Notes under the pieces: model-generated
The model's database searches: none
Seen by the model: the letters and a program-made list of their open reading frames with translations, nothing else
What the model was told of the DNA's origin: nothing
Virus record (IMG/VR): IMGVR_UViG_3300022934_002389
Span: 1-64,000 of that record
Length of the DNA: 64,000 bases
Reading direction: 5' to 3' (one strand)
DNA from: an uncultured virus (IMG/VR IMGVR_UViG_3300022934_002389)
Taxonomy: Duplodnaviria > Heunggongvirae > Uroviricota > Caudoviricetes
Shown: one piece after another, positions 51,223 through 60,230 of the stretch
Numbering within the stretch: position 1 is the first letter of the stretch
Layout: the number at the start of each line of letters is the position of its first letter
Program-made: the position numbers and the translations under genes

Positions 51223-51661
51223 TTTTGACAGTTTTCAAAAAGAGTTTTTAGATTGGGTAGAAGAAAAAATAGAAAAGATTCGACCTGAAAATGGTTTTCC
51301 TATTTGTCCTTTTGCACGACGGGCTCGATTAGACAACAAAATACAATTAATAGACGGTAGAGAAAACTACCAACATGACATATACCAATTTGACAGACGC
51401 AACTATGATATAGGTGTTGTTTGGCTAGGACCTAATGCAAATCTTTTAGAAGCAGAAAAATTTGTAAACAGATTAAAGGGTAGAGAATTACTTTATTTTT
51501 TAAGTACACCTACTTCTGGGTATTTTGCTAAAAATCCATGTAATTGTATTTTTATACAAGACAAAGGAGATATTCAAGTTAAGCGTAAATATCTTGCGTC
51601 AACAGAATATTACAGAGATTGGCCAGAACAATACTTCTTTGAGATAATGAATAATGTCTGA
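51179..51661 (+). CDS. Hypothetical protein (DUF1415-like CPFA motif)
   Basis: DWVEE.I.....FPICPFARRA...IFIQ. Homologous to the N-terminus of 60994. Start uncertain. Confidence 0.55.
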   Translation: MQLTYNFTKVITKTDFDSFQKEFLDWVEEKIEKIRPENGFPICPFARRARLDNKIQLIDGRENYQHDIYQFDRRNYDIGVVWLGPNANLLEAEKFVNRLKGRELLYFLSTPTSGYFAKNPCNCIFIQDKGDIQVKRKYLASTEYYRDWPEQYFFEIMNNV

Positions 51662-52727
51662 TACTTATTGCCCGTTGCCGTGGACTATGTTAACAAGCAC
51701 TACCAATGGGTCTTATAGACCTTGTTGTGAATTTGTTTCTCAAGGTAACAAAAAACAAGTCTTGTGGAATCAAGATATTGAATTATACGAAGAATATATT
51801 GAACCTATAAAACAACAACTGTTAAATAACCAAAAACCTTTAGAATGTAAACGTTGTTGGGATAGAGAAGAGCGTGGATTAGAAAGCCAACGAACACGGC
51901 ACTTGCATGAAAAAGGTCAAACGTACAATTCAATTGATTTAAAATTAGGTAATAAATGTAATTTAGGATGTAGACATTGCGAAGCAAATAGTAGTAGTGT
52001 ACTACAATCAGAAATAAACAGAAATCCTAACGAAGATTGGACAGAAACACAAGTGTCTGATGCACGTATTAACTTTAGTGGAGACAATTGGGTAGATGCT
52101 GCACTAGATAAAATTACAAAAATGGAAGGAATAAAACAACTAAAGTTTACAGGCGGTGAACCTTTATATATTCCTAAAGTAAAAGATTTAATAAAAAATC
52201 ATCCTAATAAAAAAGACATTAGTATTGATATTGTAACAAATGGTTTACTTTTTACTGAAGAAATGGCCAACGATTTAGATGCCTGGAAAAGTGTGTTAGT
52301 TAATGTAAGTGTGGATGCAATTAAAGATCATTACAGTTATGTTCGTTGGCCTGGTAAATGGGAAGATTTGGAACCTAAATTAGATTTACTTGCAACAAAA
52401 AAACATTGGAGAATTAATATTTGCATATCGGTTAGTGCATGGAATATTTGGCACTTACCTGAGACAATATTATATTTTAAAAAGAAAGGGTTTACCTATG
52501 ATTTAAATTTTGTTGATGACCCTATTTGGCAGCATCCTTGGATATATCCTGAAAATTTAAGGAATCACATTATAAACAAATTTGAGAATTATAATAATCG
52601 ATTATTAGACGATTTAGCATCAGTTGTAAGTTTTATAAAACCATATGATGAAAAGTTATACAAAGAATTTTTAAAACAAAAAGAAATAAAAGACAGATTA
52701 AGGAAACAAACTTTTGAATTTGGATAG
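51654..52727 (+). CDS. Radical SAM protein with N-terminal Twitch-like domain
   Basis: YCPLPW..RPCC..ECKRCW, CNLGCRHC, FTGGEP and YVRWP. Confidence 0.9.
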   Translation: MSDTYCPLPWTMLTSTTNGSYRPCCEFVSQGNKKQVLWNQDIELYEEYIEPIKQQLLNNQKPLECKRCWDREERGLESQRTRHLHEKGQTYNSIDLKLGNKCNLGCRHCEANSSSVLQSEINRNPNEDWTETQVSDARINFSGDNWVDAALDKITKMEGIKQLKFTGGEPLYIPKVKDLIKNHPNKKDISIDIVTNGLLFTEEMANDLDAWKSVLVNVSVDAIKDHYSYVRWPGKWEDLEPKLDLLATKKHWRINICISVSAWNIWHLPETILYFKKKGFTYDLNFVDDPIWQHPWIYPENLRNHIINKFENYNNRLLDDLASVVSFIKPYDEKLYKEFLKQKEIKDRLRKQTFEFG

Positions 52728-53877
52728 TACATTTTGTATTTTACCGTGGATGCATCTTGCTACAAACGCAAGTGGTAATCTTCGTGTATGCTGTAACTCA
52801 ACTCCTGGTAAGAATTTTGTAACGAAATCAGACGGCAAGCCTTACAAAGTTTATAAAGACGATTTACAAGAAGCATGGAATAGCGAAGTTTATACAAATA
52901 TTAGAAAACAAATGCTAAACGGTGAACGACCTGATATGTGTCAGCGTTGTTTTAGAGAAGAAGATGCAGGTGTTAGAAGTGCAAGACAAGCATGGAATGA
53001 TAAATGGCAGCAAGACAAAGAATATGAAGAATATGCACCTTTTGATATACAGTATGTAGATATACGATTAGGTAATTTATGTAACCTAAAGTGCCGTATG
53101 TGCAATCCTTATGCAAGTAATCAATGGGTAAAAGAATGGGCGTTGGTTGAGGATGCGTTAGAACCTAGTGAATATGAACGGTTAAGCAAAATGGACTGGC
53201 CTGAGAATGAAAAGACATGGGAAAATCTTTTTAGTATTGCAAACACTGTAGAAGAAATATATCTAACAGGTGGCGAGCCTACAATTATCAAAGAACAGCA
53301 TAAGCTTTTAGATTATTATATTGATAATAGTACTGCACATAAAATTAAATTAAAATATAACACAAACTTAACAAATGTTCCGCAGCATTTAATAGACAAA
53401 TGGAGTGAGTTTAAACAGATACAATTAAACTGTTCTATTGATGCAACAGACAATTTAGATAGATATATCAGATATCCAAGTAATTGGAAAAAAATTGTCG
53501 AAAACTTTGAAACAATACGACAATTGCCTAATGCAAATATAGAAATACATTGCACAGTACAAATGTATAATATTTTAAGATTAGATAAACTTATAGATTG
53601 GGCAGAACCTTACGGACATAAAATTTATTTTAACATTTTAAATCATCCTGAATATTTAAACATAAGATGTTTACCTAAAGAACTTAAAACACAAGCAAAC
53701 ATAATGCTTTGTAGATATAAACATTTAGAAAAGGTACAAGGTATAATTGATTACATGTATGCAGAAGACTGGAGCGATAAGTTGCCGCAGTTTTATGAAT
53801 ACACAGCACAGTTAGATAAAAGTAGAAATGAAAATTTGTTTGACATTATCCCTGAATTGCGTTATAATAAACCATGA
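52714..53877 (+). CDS. Radical SAM protein with N-terminal Twitch-like domain
   Basis: FCILPW..RVCC..MCQRCF, CNLKCRMC, LTGGEP, YIRYPSNW and IPEL. Confidence 0.9.
   Translation: MNLDSTFCILPWMHLATNASGNLRVCCNSTPGKNFVTKSDGKPYKVYKDDLQEAWNSEVYTNIRKQMLNGERPDMCQRCFREEDAGVRSARQAWNDKWQQDKEYEEYAPFDIQYVDIRLGNLCNLKCRMCNPYASNQWVKEWALVEDALEPSEYERLSKMDWPENEKTWENLFSIANTVEEIYLTGGEPTIIKEQHKLLDYYIDNSTAHKIKLKYNTNLTNVPQHLIDKWSEFKQIQLNCSIDATDNLDRYIRYPSNWKKIVENFETIRQLPNANIEIHCTVQMYNILRLDKLIDWAEPYGHKIYFNILNHPEYLNIRCLPKELKTQANIMLCRYKHLEKVQGIIDYMYAEDWSDKLPQFYEYTAQLDKSRNENLFDIIPELRYNKP
53840..53868 (+). promoter_or_regulatory. Sigma70-type promoter (TTGACA-N17-TATAAT)
   Basis: Perfect consensus inside the 3' end of the upstream gene, ending 5 nt before ATG 53874. 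Confidence 0.8.
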
Positions 53878-55052
53878 CTGAAGATTTAAAGTGGAGCGAA
53901 TACGATTTTACGAAAATTCCGTTCGATGATATCGTTAGCGTCGGCCAACGCACTATGCTATATAGAGATTTGTTTACTGTCTCTTGGCTTCTTGGTAGAT
54001 TTTGTAATTATCGTTGCAGTTATTGTTGGCCATACGCTCGTAGCGACAAAAAAGATCATAGACCTACAGAACTATGTTTAAAAACAATTGATGAAATAAA
54101 GAGGCAAGCCCGTGAGAATGGATTTAATTCTTATCATTTTAGTCTTAGTGGTGGGGAGCCTACTTTCCATCCTGGCTACTTGGACATTTTACAGCATTTG
54201 GCAGATGATGTAGATAATACAAATTATACAAGTGTACACATGACGTCAAACTGTTCACGTCCTATGCGTTGGTTTGAACAGTATGTAGAATGTGTAAAGC
54301 CATTTCATAGAGCAAGTATTACAGCAAGTTTACACACAGAACATTTAAATTCTACTGAAAAGTTACAAGACTTTGCAGACAAACTTATACTGTGTCAAGA
54401 GCATGATGTACAAGTTACAATTAATATGGTTATGGTGCCAGACTGGTTTGAAAGAGATTGGGAAAACGCTTTGTTCTTTCATGAGCAAGGTATCAACGTC
54501 ACCCTTAAACCGCAGTCCGACCCTACGGCGTCGAGAGTTGTTGAAGGCTACACAGACGAAATGCTCAAGCGATTATGGAACGGAATGCCACAAAGAGCAT
54601 ATACAGAAGAAAAGCGTAAATGGGCAGAACGTCCAAAGCCAAATTTTAGAGTAGATAAAGACGATAAATATTTACATCAGCAAAAGAGTGTTCCTTGGCA
54701 CATGCAAGTAGAGTTTAAAGACTCTAAAGGAAAAACTTGGTATATGGATCAAGCAGAACGCTTTAATGCTTTTAACTTTAATAAATTCTGCGGATGGGAA
54801 TGTAGTTCAGGTTTTAGAAGCATTATTATCCGCGAACCAGACGGTTCTATAAAACGATCATATTCTTGTCATGATGCTCCGCTTGGCAATATCGAAACAG
54901 GGTTTAAACTGTTTGATAAGCCAATGCCTTGTACAACACAAAGTTGTGTAAGTTCAGCAGATAGTAAAATACCAAAGCGTAGAGCAGGAGAAAAAATCCC
55001 GTTATATCCGGGAGACAAGACATATGAAGAAAGTTTATTTCACTCAAATTAA
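53874..55052 (+). CDS. Radical SAM protein with C-terminal Cys-rich domain
   Basis: CNYRCSYC, LSGGEP, TSN and ASLH. C-terminal WECSSG...YSC...PC...SC. Confidence 0.88.
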   Translation: MTEDLKWSEYDFTKIPFDDIVSVGQRTMLYRDLFTVSWLLGRFCNYRCSYCWPYARSDKKDHRPTELCLKTIDEIKRQARENGFNSYHFSLSGGEPTFHPGYLDILQHLADDVDNTNYTSVHMTSNCSRPMRWFEQYVECVKPFHRASITASLHTEHLNSTEKLQDFADKLILCQEHDVQVTINMVMVPDWFERDWENALFFHEQGINVTLKPQSDPTASRVVEGYTDEMLKRLWNGMPQRAYTEEKRKWAERPKPNFRVDKDDKYLHQQKSVPWHMQVEFKDSKGKTWYMDQAERFNAFNFNKFCGWECSSGFRSIIIREPDGSIKRSYSCHDAPLGNIETGFKLFDKPMPCTTQSCVSSADSKIPKRRAGEKIPLYPGDKTYEESLFHSN

Positions 55053-56877
55053 CAATGTTATTGCTGAAGCAACTTTTCTGCCTCTCAGTGTTGCCTATGT
55101 TTGGGAATACTGTAGAGCCAATGTTGAAGGTTGGGAATTAGGCGACATTATATTTGAACGTGATACTGTAGAAAATTATATGGAGAATATAAAAGATCCT
55201 GATGTATTTGCAATAAGCACATATGTTTGGAATTGGAATATTAGCCAAGAACTTGCACGAGCAGTAAAAAGCAAATATCCTAATTGTTTGGTTGTAATGG
55301 GAGGTCCACAAGTACCATACGATCAAACTTGGCTTTCAAAAAACAAAGATATCTGTGATGTTATTGTTACTTATGCAGGAGAAAGAACTTTTGCAGAAAT
55401 ATTAAATGGTAACTTAGATGCACCTGGTGTTATGACCGTAGAAAGTTATACACCTCCTAAGCCAGATAAAGATGTTACTGATATTCCTAGTCCTTATCTA
55501 AGCGGGCTAATGGACAGCCTTATGAAGCCTGACAGACAATATAGTGCAATTATTGAAACCAACAGAGGTTGTCCATATGCTTGTACATTTTGTGATCAAG
55601 AAGCATTATATTATAATAAGATTGCAAAATTTGAATACGCTAGAGTTATAAGAGAAATAGATTGGGTGGTTGATCATAACATTGACTTTTTGTATTTTGC
55701 AGATAGTAATGTAGGCATATTTGACAGAGATGTTGATTTTATAAAATACATTGCACATTGTCGAAAAGCGACAGGATTTCCTAGACAGATAGATTACAGC
55801 ACTGCAAAACAACAACCTAAACGCATTGTAGAATTAGGACGTATATTAAATCAAGAAGCAAATATAAAACGTGGTGTAACAATTGCATTACAAAGTATGA
55901 ATCCTGATACTCTCAAAGCTATTAAGCGTATCAACATTGCTAATACTAAATTAGAGGAAATGGTAGGAGAATACAATGCAGCAGGTGTTGATAATTATTG
56001 CGAACTCATAGTTGGCTTGCCAGAAGAAACACTAGACAGTTGGATACAAGGTATAGGAAAAATACTCGAACTAGGTAGTGATCATGCTTTAACTGTACAC
56101 CCCCTAAGTATTGTTCCTAACACACCTTTTGCAAAAGAGGAGTATAAAGAAAAATACGGGTTAAAATATGTGCCAACACCTGCACCTGCAGGTGGCAATA
56201 CATATCCCGACGCAAGTGAAGGAGAAATTGATTTTGTTTGCCACCAAAGCAATAGTTTTACAACACAAGATTATATAGATATGTATTTCTTTGCAAAAGG
56301 CATTGTTATTCCGCATCATTATCACGGAGTATCACAAGTAGTTGCAACATATTTGCAAAGAGAACATGACATACCATTAATTGAATTTTACAAATTATTA
56401 TTTGATTGGAGTAAAAATAGTGGTACTGTGTTTAATAAAGAATATGAAAATCATACAAATAGTTTAAAGGATAGTTTGTTTAATATGAAAACATGGGGCA
56501 GACCTATTGAGGGAGGTGACAATTTCCACTTCCAAGATAATGGTGCTACTGCTGCAACATTATATAAAAATATAGATGATTTTTATAAACAAATTAAAAT
56601 GCTTTGTTTAGCAAAATACAATGTTGATGTTGAAGAAGCACTAAAATTTAACAAACACATTTTAGATTTATATGGTAAAAAAAGGAATGTAGAAACATTT
56701 ACAAAAAATTGGCACAGTTGGTTTTTTGATGGCGAGCCATTAAAAGATGTAAACACAAGTGTTTCGGTTAAGCCAAATGTATATCATAGTATAACTGATC
56801 ATGCAAGACATTTATTTTGGTATGGACGTAAAAGTAAAAGATGTTTTTTAAAATCTACGGAGGAAATTAATGATTAG
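55024..56877 (+). CDS. Cobalamin-binding (class B-like) radical SAM protein
   Basis: LPLSV..ISTYVWN..MGGP, IPSPYL, ETNRGCPYACTFCD and ELIVGLPEET. Confidence 0.9.
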   Translation: MKKVYFTQINNVIAEATFLPLSVAYVWEYCRANVEGWELGDIIFERDTVENYMENIKDPDVFAISTYVWNWNISQELARAVKSKYPNCLVVMGGPQVPYDQTWLSKNKDICDVIVTYAGERTFAEILNGNLDAPGVMTVESYTPPKPDKDVTDIPSPYLSGLMDSLMKPDRQYSAIIETNRGCPYACTFCDQEALYYNKIAKFEYARVIREIDWVVDHNIDFLYFADSNVGIFDRDVDFIKYIAHCRKATGFPRQIDYSTAKQQPKRIVELGRILNQEANIKRGVTIALQSMNPDTLKAIKRINIANTKLEEMVGEYNAAGVDNYCELIVGLPEETLDSWIQGIGKILELGSDHALTVHPLSIVPNTPFAKEEYKEKYGLKYVPTPAPAGGNTYPDASEGEIDFVCHQSNSFTTQDYIDMYFFAKGIVIPHHYHGVSQVVATYLQREHDIPLIEFYKLLFDWSKNSGTVFNKEYENHTNSLKDSLFNMKTWGRPIEGGDNFHFQDNGATAATLYKNIDDFYKQIKMLCLAKYNVDVEEALKFNKHILDLYGKKRNVETFTKNWHSWFFDGEPLKDVNTSVSVKPNVYHSITDHARHLFWYGRKSKRCFLKSTEEIND

Positions 56878-57457
56878 AGTAGGAGATAAAATACCTAACA
56901 TAAAGACTATGCACAAAGTTGGTACAACAACACGGTGGATTGATACTTATGAATTATTTGAAAACAAGAAAATATTGCTGTTAGGTTTACCTGGATTGTT
57001 TTTAGTCGAATACGCTGCAAGTCAAGCAAGAACTTATGATTTTTATTATGATAGATTTAAAGAACTAGGTTTAGACGAAATTTGGTTTACAAGTATAGAT
57101 GACACATATGTACAACGTGCATGGATTAAAAACGATGGTTTGCAAAATATACAAGCGTTGCCAGATCCTACAGGCAAATGGGCAGAAACCATAGGAATGG
57201 CAGAAGATATGAGCAGAGAAGGTTTAGGAGAAAAGCGTAGTCATAGATATGCGATGGTAATAGATAATTTGATTATGAAACATATGAAGTACGAAGATTT
57301 TACACACAACCCTATGACCTGTTTTCAAGTAACAGATGCAGATACAATGATAAAGTATTTTGAAATTATACAAACAAATTATGAAAGGTGGAACGATGAC
57401 GCAAGAGACAAAGTCGATGTTCTCGGAAGAGACAAAGTCAACACCGTACTGTCGTGA
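56870..57457 (+). CDS. Peroxiredoxin (Prx5/redoxin)-like protein lacking the peroxidatic Cys
   Basis: IRVGDKIP, LFENKKILLLGLPG, DEIWFTSIDD.YV..AW, LPD..G....IG and G.RS.RYAMVID. The PGAFTPTC motif is replaced by PGLFLVEY. Confidence 0.75.
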   Translation: MIRVGDKIPNIKTMHKVGTTTRWIDTYELFENKKILLLGLPGLFLVEYAASQARTYDFYYDRFKELGLDEIWFTSIDDTYVQRAWIKNDGLQNIQALPDPTGKWAETIGMAEDMSREGLGEKRSHRYAMVIDNLIMKHMKYEDFTHNPMTCFQVTDADTMIKYFEIIQTNYERWNDDARDKVDVLGRDKVNTVLS

Positions 57458-58037
57458 ACTTCCGACACTTTGGTACGATAGGGAATATTTGCTAGATCAT
57501 TTAGAAAATATTGATAATGAAGATTGGTATCAATTTGATTGCGGCCATATTAGATGGACAGTGCATGAAGCGTTTAATCCAAGATTAGAATGTAAAAACT
57601 ATAAATGGAGCGAGTTTCATTATGAACTTGCAATGTTGTTTAAGCCTGCTATTACACCTGACACAATGTTATACACAAGCACACCTATAGGAGGCACACC
57701 ACCGCATCAAGACAGAAACAGACCTGCTGTGCTTAACTTTGCTGTGCGTGGAAAGTTTGAAGATGTAAGTCCGCAAACATTTTATGAAGATTTTGATAGA
57801 AGTACTAAAAAATATGTAATGCCTTATAGTGTTAGCGAAAAAACTAATGAATTTGCTCCATGGATGTTCAAAGGTCCAGAAATACACGGAGTAGATAATG
57901 ATGCTGATGAAGATAGAGTGATTATTACAAGTTGCTGGCGTCATAATAGTTATGCCGAAATAGAACAAGGAATATTAGACGGTAGCATCATTGACTGGGA
58001 TCAAAATGAAAAGAATAAAAGGATAAAATTTTTATGA
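57396..58037 (+). CDS. 2OG-Fe(II)/cupin-like oxygenase
   Basis: PPHQD (HxD), VLNF and IHGVDN..DRV. Start is ATG 57396 or 57417. Confidence 0.6.
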   Translation: MTQETKSMFSEETKSTPYCRELPTLWYDREYLLDHLENIDNEDWYQFDCGHIRWTVHEAFNPRLECKNYKWSEFHYELAMLFKPAITPDTMLYTSTPIGGTPPHQDRNRPAVLNFAVRGKFEDVSPQTFYEDFDRSTKKYVMPYSVSEKTNEFAPWMFKGPEIHGVDNDADEDRVIITSCWRHNSYAEIEQGILDGSIIDWDQNEKNKRIKFL

Positions 58038-58573
58038 ATTGGTATCACAGAAAACTTAAATTACAATACGATCCTAAGATTTTTAATGATATAGTAGAGT
58101 ATGCTAAATCAAAAGATTGGAAACAAGGCTATGATCAAAACGGACTACAGTGGAACGTAGAAGAACTTCCGCTTGACGTTAAAGACTTTCCTATACTTGA
58201 AGAAATTTACGAAGGGTTTAACGCAGAATTTAAACGTCCGAGTTTCTTCCTAAGCAGTGTAAAGCCAGGCGGCCTAGTAAATCATATAGATCATCGCAAG
58301 TGGGGAAATTTTGGCATACCTCTTGTAGGAGACTTTAGCAAGACTCCTCAGTATTACTATGATCAATTTAATCATCCTGTAGAAAAATTTGTAATGGATG
58401 CACCTACAATATTTTATACAAGGATGTTACATGCAGTGCCACGCAAACTTGATGATACGGAACCACGTTGGATTCTAATGATGGATTTGTTTGATTGGAT
58501 TGATAATTTGTTTAACAAAATAGATGACAACACAATATGGAAAAATACAGAACATTTTAAATATAATGGATAA
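58034..58573 (+). CDS. 2OG-Fe(II)/cupin-like oxygenase
   Basis: PGGLVNHID (HxD), IPL and MLHAV...PRW. Confidence 0.6.
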   Translation: MNWYHRKLKLQYDPKIFNDIVEYAKSKDWKQGYDQNGLQWNVEELPLDVKDFPILEEIYEGFNAEFKRPSFFLSSVKPGGLVNHIDHRKWGNFGIPLVGDFSKTPQYYYDQFNHPVEKFVMDAPTIFYTRMLHAVPRKLDDTEPRWILMMDLFDWIDNLFNKIDDNTIWKNTEHFKYNG

Positions 58574-60230
58574 TCTATATTTTATACAAATCCCACTAAC
58601 AAGAAGTATGGCGTGTTTACCTCAAGCAGTAGGCACTATCTGGGGATATTGTGAACAGTTTAAAGAAGTTACTGATAGATATCAATTAGCAGGTGTTTTG
58701 TGGAAAGATAATATCGATATACAAAATCCTAAAGTTGTTGCTGCAAGTTGTTATATGTGGAATTGGAAGGAAACATATGATATTATAAAAAAAATTAAAA
58801 AAGAATATCCTGATTGTATAATAGTAGTGGGCGGCCCAGATCCAAAATACACAAGTGAATGGTGTAAAGATCATCCAGAAATAGATGCAGTAATTGCGTA
58901 CTATGGCGAAGAAACAATGCGTAAAATTCTTGTTAGTGATACTTTAGACTTGCCTGGTGTAGTAACAAAAGAGTTTAACAATGCATTAGAAGCAGAATAT
59001 GCTGATCCAAAAGATATACCAAGTCCTTATCTTAACGGGTTTTTTGATACATTGTTAAAAGGAAATAAACAAAAAATAAGAGTAGTTTTTGAAGGAAATC
59101 GAGGTTGTCCATATAGTTGTAGTTTTTGCGACATAGGGCATAAAAAGTACCAAAAAATACAAATGTTCGATACTGAAAGATGCTTGGCAGAATTAGAATG
59201 GATATGTAATAATAATGTTAGAGTAATTGATGTAGCAGATAGTAATTTTGGTATATTTCCAAGAGATGAACAATTAGTAGATTATATTGTAGAGCAAAAA
59301 GAGAAAGGTAATTTTGACGGTACTTTTATGCCTACGTGGGCGAAAACACATGGAGAAAAAATTATTAAACTTGCTAAAAAATTACAACAAAGTGGTGTTG
59401 ACGAGGTATTTGGATTTAGTTTACAAAGCACAAATCCAAAAACACTAAAAAATGTTAAAAGAAAAAATACATACGATATAAAGGGCTTTGCTCCAATTAT
59501 TAAAGATTTGTCTGATGCAAACTTAAGCTCTTATACAGAACTAATTTTTCCTATGCCAGGAGATACTATAGATAATTTTAAAAGCGGGCTACACGAGATA
59601 TTAGATATGCCTGCCCCTTTTCAGATGCTACAAGTGAATAGTTTAAGTAGGTTAAGTAATACAGAGTTCAATACAGGATTTAAAAAACTTACCTGGGCAA
59701 ACATAAAAGGCACAGCAAAACCATATGATAATGATGTTGTAGATGAAATATGCGTAGCAACAGATACACTTACAAAAGGAGAGGTGTTTGAAGGACTGTT
59801 TTACAGTAGGTCTTTTGTAATTCCTATGTATTGGTATGGACTAGCAACATACATGCTTGATGAGAATTATAAAATGCATAGCACTAGGAGTAAACTTATT
59901 AAAAACATTTATACTAAACTTTTTGAGATAAGTAAATTTCAAAAACTTAAACAAGAAATGAAAGATCATTATTTTAAAAGTATTGAAAAATACGATCATA
60001 TAGGCTACCGTATTATTAATAGAGAACTATCAGACTATTATACTGATACAGCTTATAGCCATTTGTATTACATTAAAAATAATATATTTGATGTGTTAGT
60101 AGATATATATCCTCAATATAGTGATATTATCAATAAAAATAAAAAAGATATGAAAAGCATAGATAATTTAGAAGATTGGCTACAAGACATACATGTTAGA
60201 AGGAGATTTACAACAGCATGGAAAAGTTGA
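58566..60230 (+). CDS. Cobalamin-binding (class B-like) radical SAM protein
   Basis: LPQAVG..SCYMWN..VGGP..YGE, IPSPYL, EGNRGCPYSCSFCD, DSNFG and ELIFPMPG. Start reassigned to ATG 58566. Confidence 0.88.
   Translation: MDNLYFIQIPLTRSMACLPQAVGTIWGYCEQFKEVTDRYQLAGVLWKDNIDIQNPKVVAASCYMWNWKETYDIIKKIKKEYPDCIIVVGGPDPKYTSEWCKDHPEIDAVIAYYGEETMRKILVSDTLDLPGVVTKEFNNALEAEYADPKDIPSPYLNGFFDTLLKGNKQKIRVVFEGNRGCPYSCSFCDIGHKKYQKIQMFDTERCLAELEWICNNNVRVIDVADSNFGIFPRDEQLVDYIVEQKEKGNFDGTFMPTWAKTHGEKIIKLAKKLQQSGVDEVFGFSLQSTNPKTLKNVKRKNTYDIKGFAPIIKDLSDANLSSYTELIFPMPGDTIDNFKSGLHEILDMPAPFQMLQVNSLSRLSNTEFNTGFKKLTWANIKGTAKPYDNDVVDEICVATDTLTKGEVFEGLFYSRSFVIPMYWYGLATYMLDENYKMHSTRSKLIKNIYTKLFEISKFQKLKQEMKDHYFKSIEKYDHIGYRIINRELSDYYTDTAYSHLYYIKNNIFDVLVDIYPQYSDIINKNKKDMKSIDNLEDWLQDIHVRRRFTTAWKS

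Noticed and set aside
19246..55052. Assigning radical SAM genes to known pathways (MoaA, QueE, NrdG, PqqE, anSME)
   Set aside because: Partner genes such as queC/queD/folE, nrdD, pqqA-D or sulfatases are not in the window, and the domain architectures differ.
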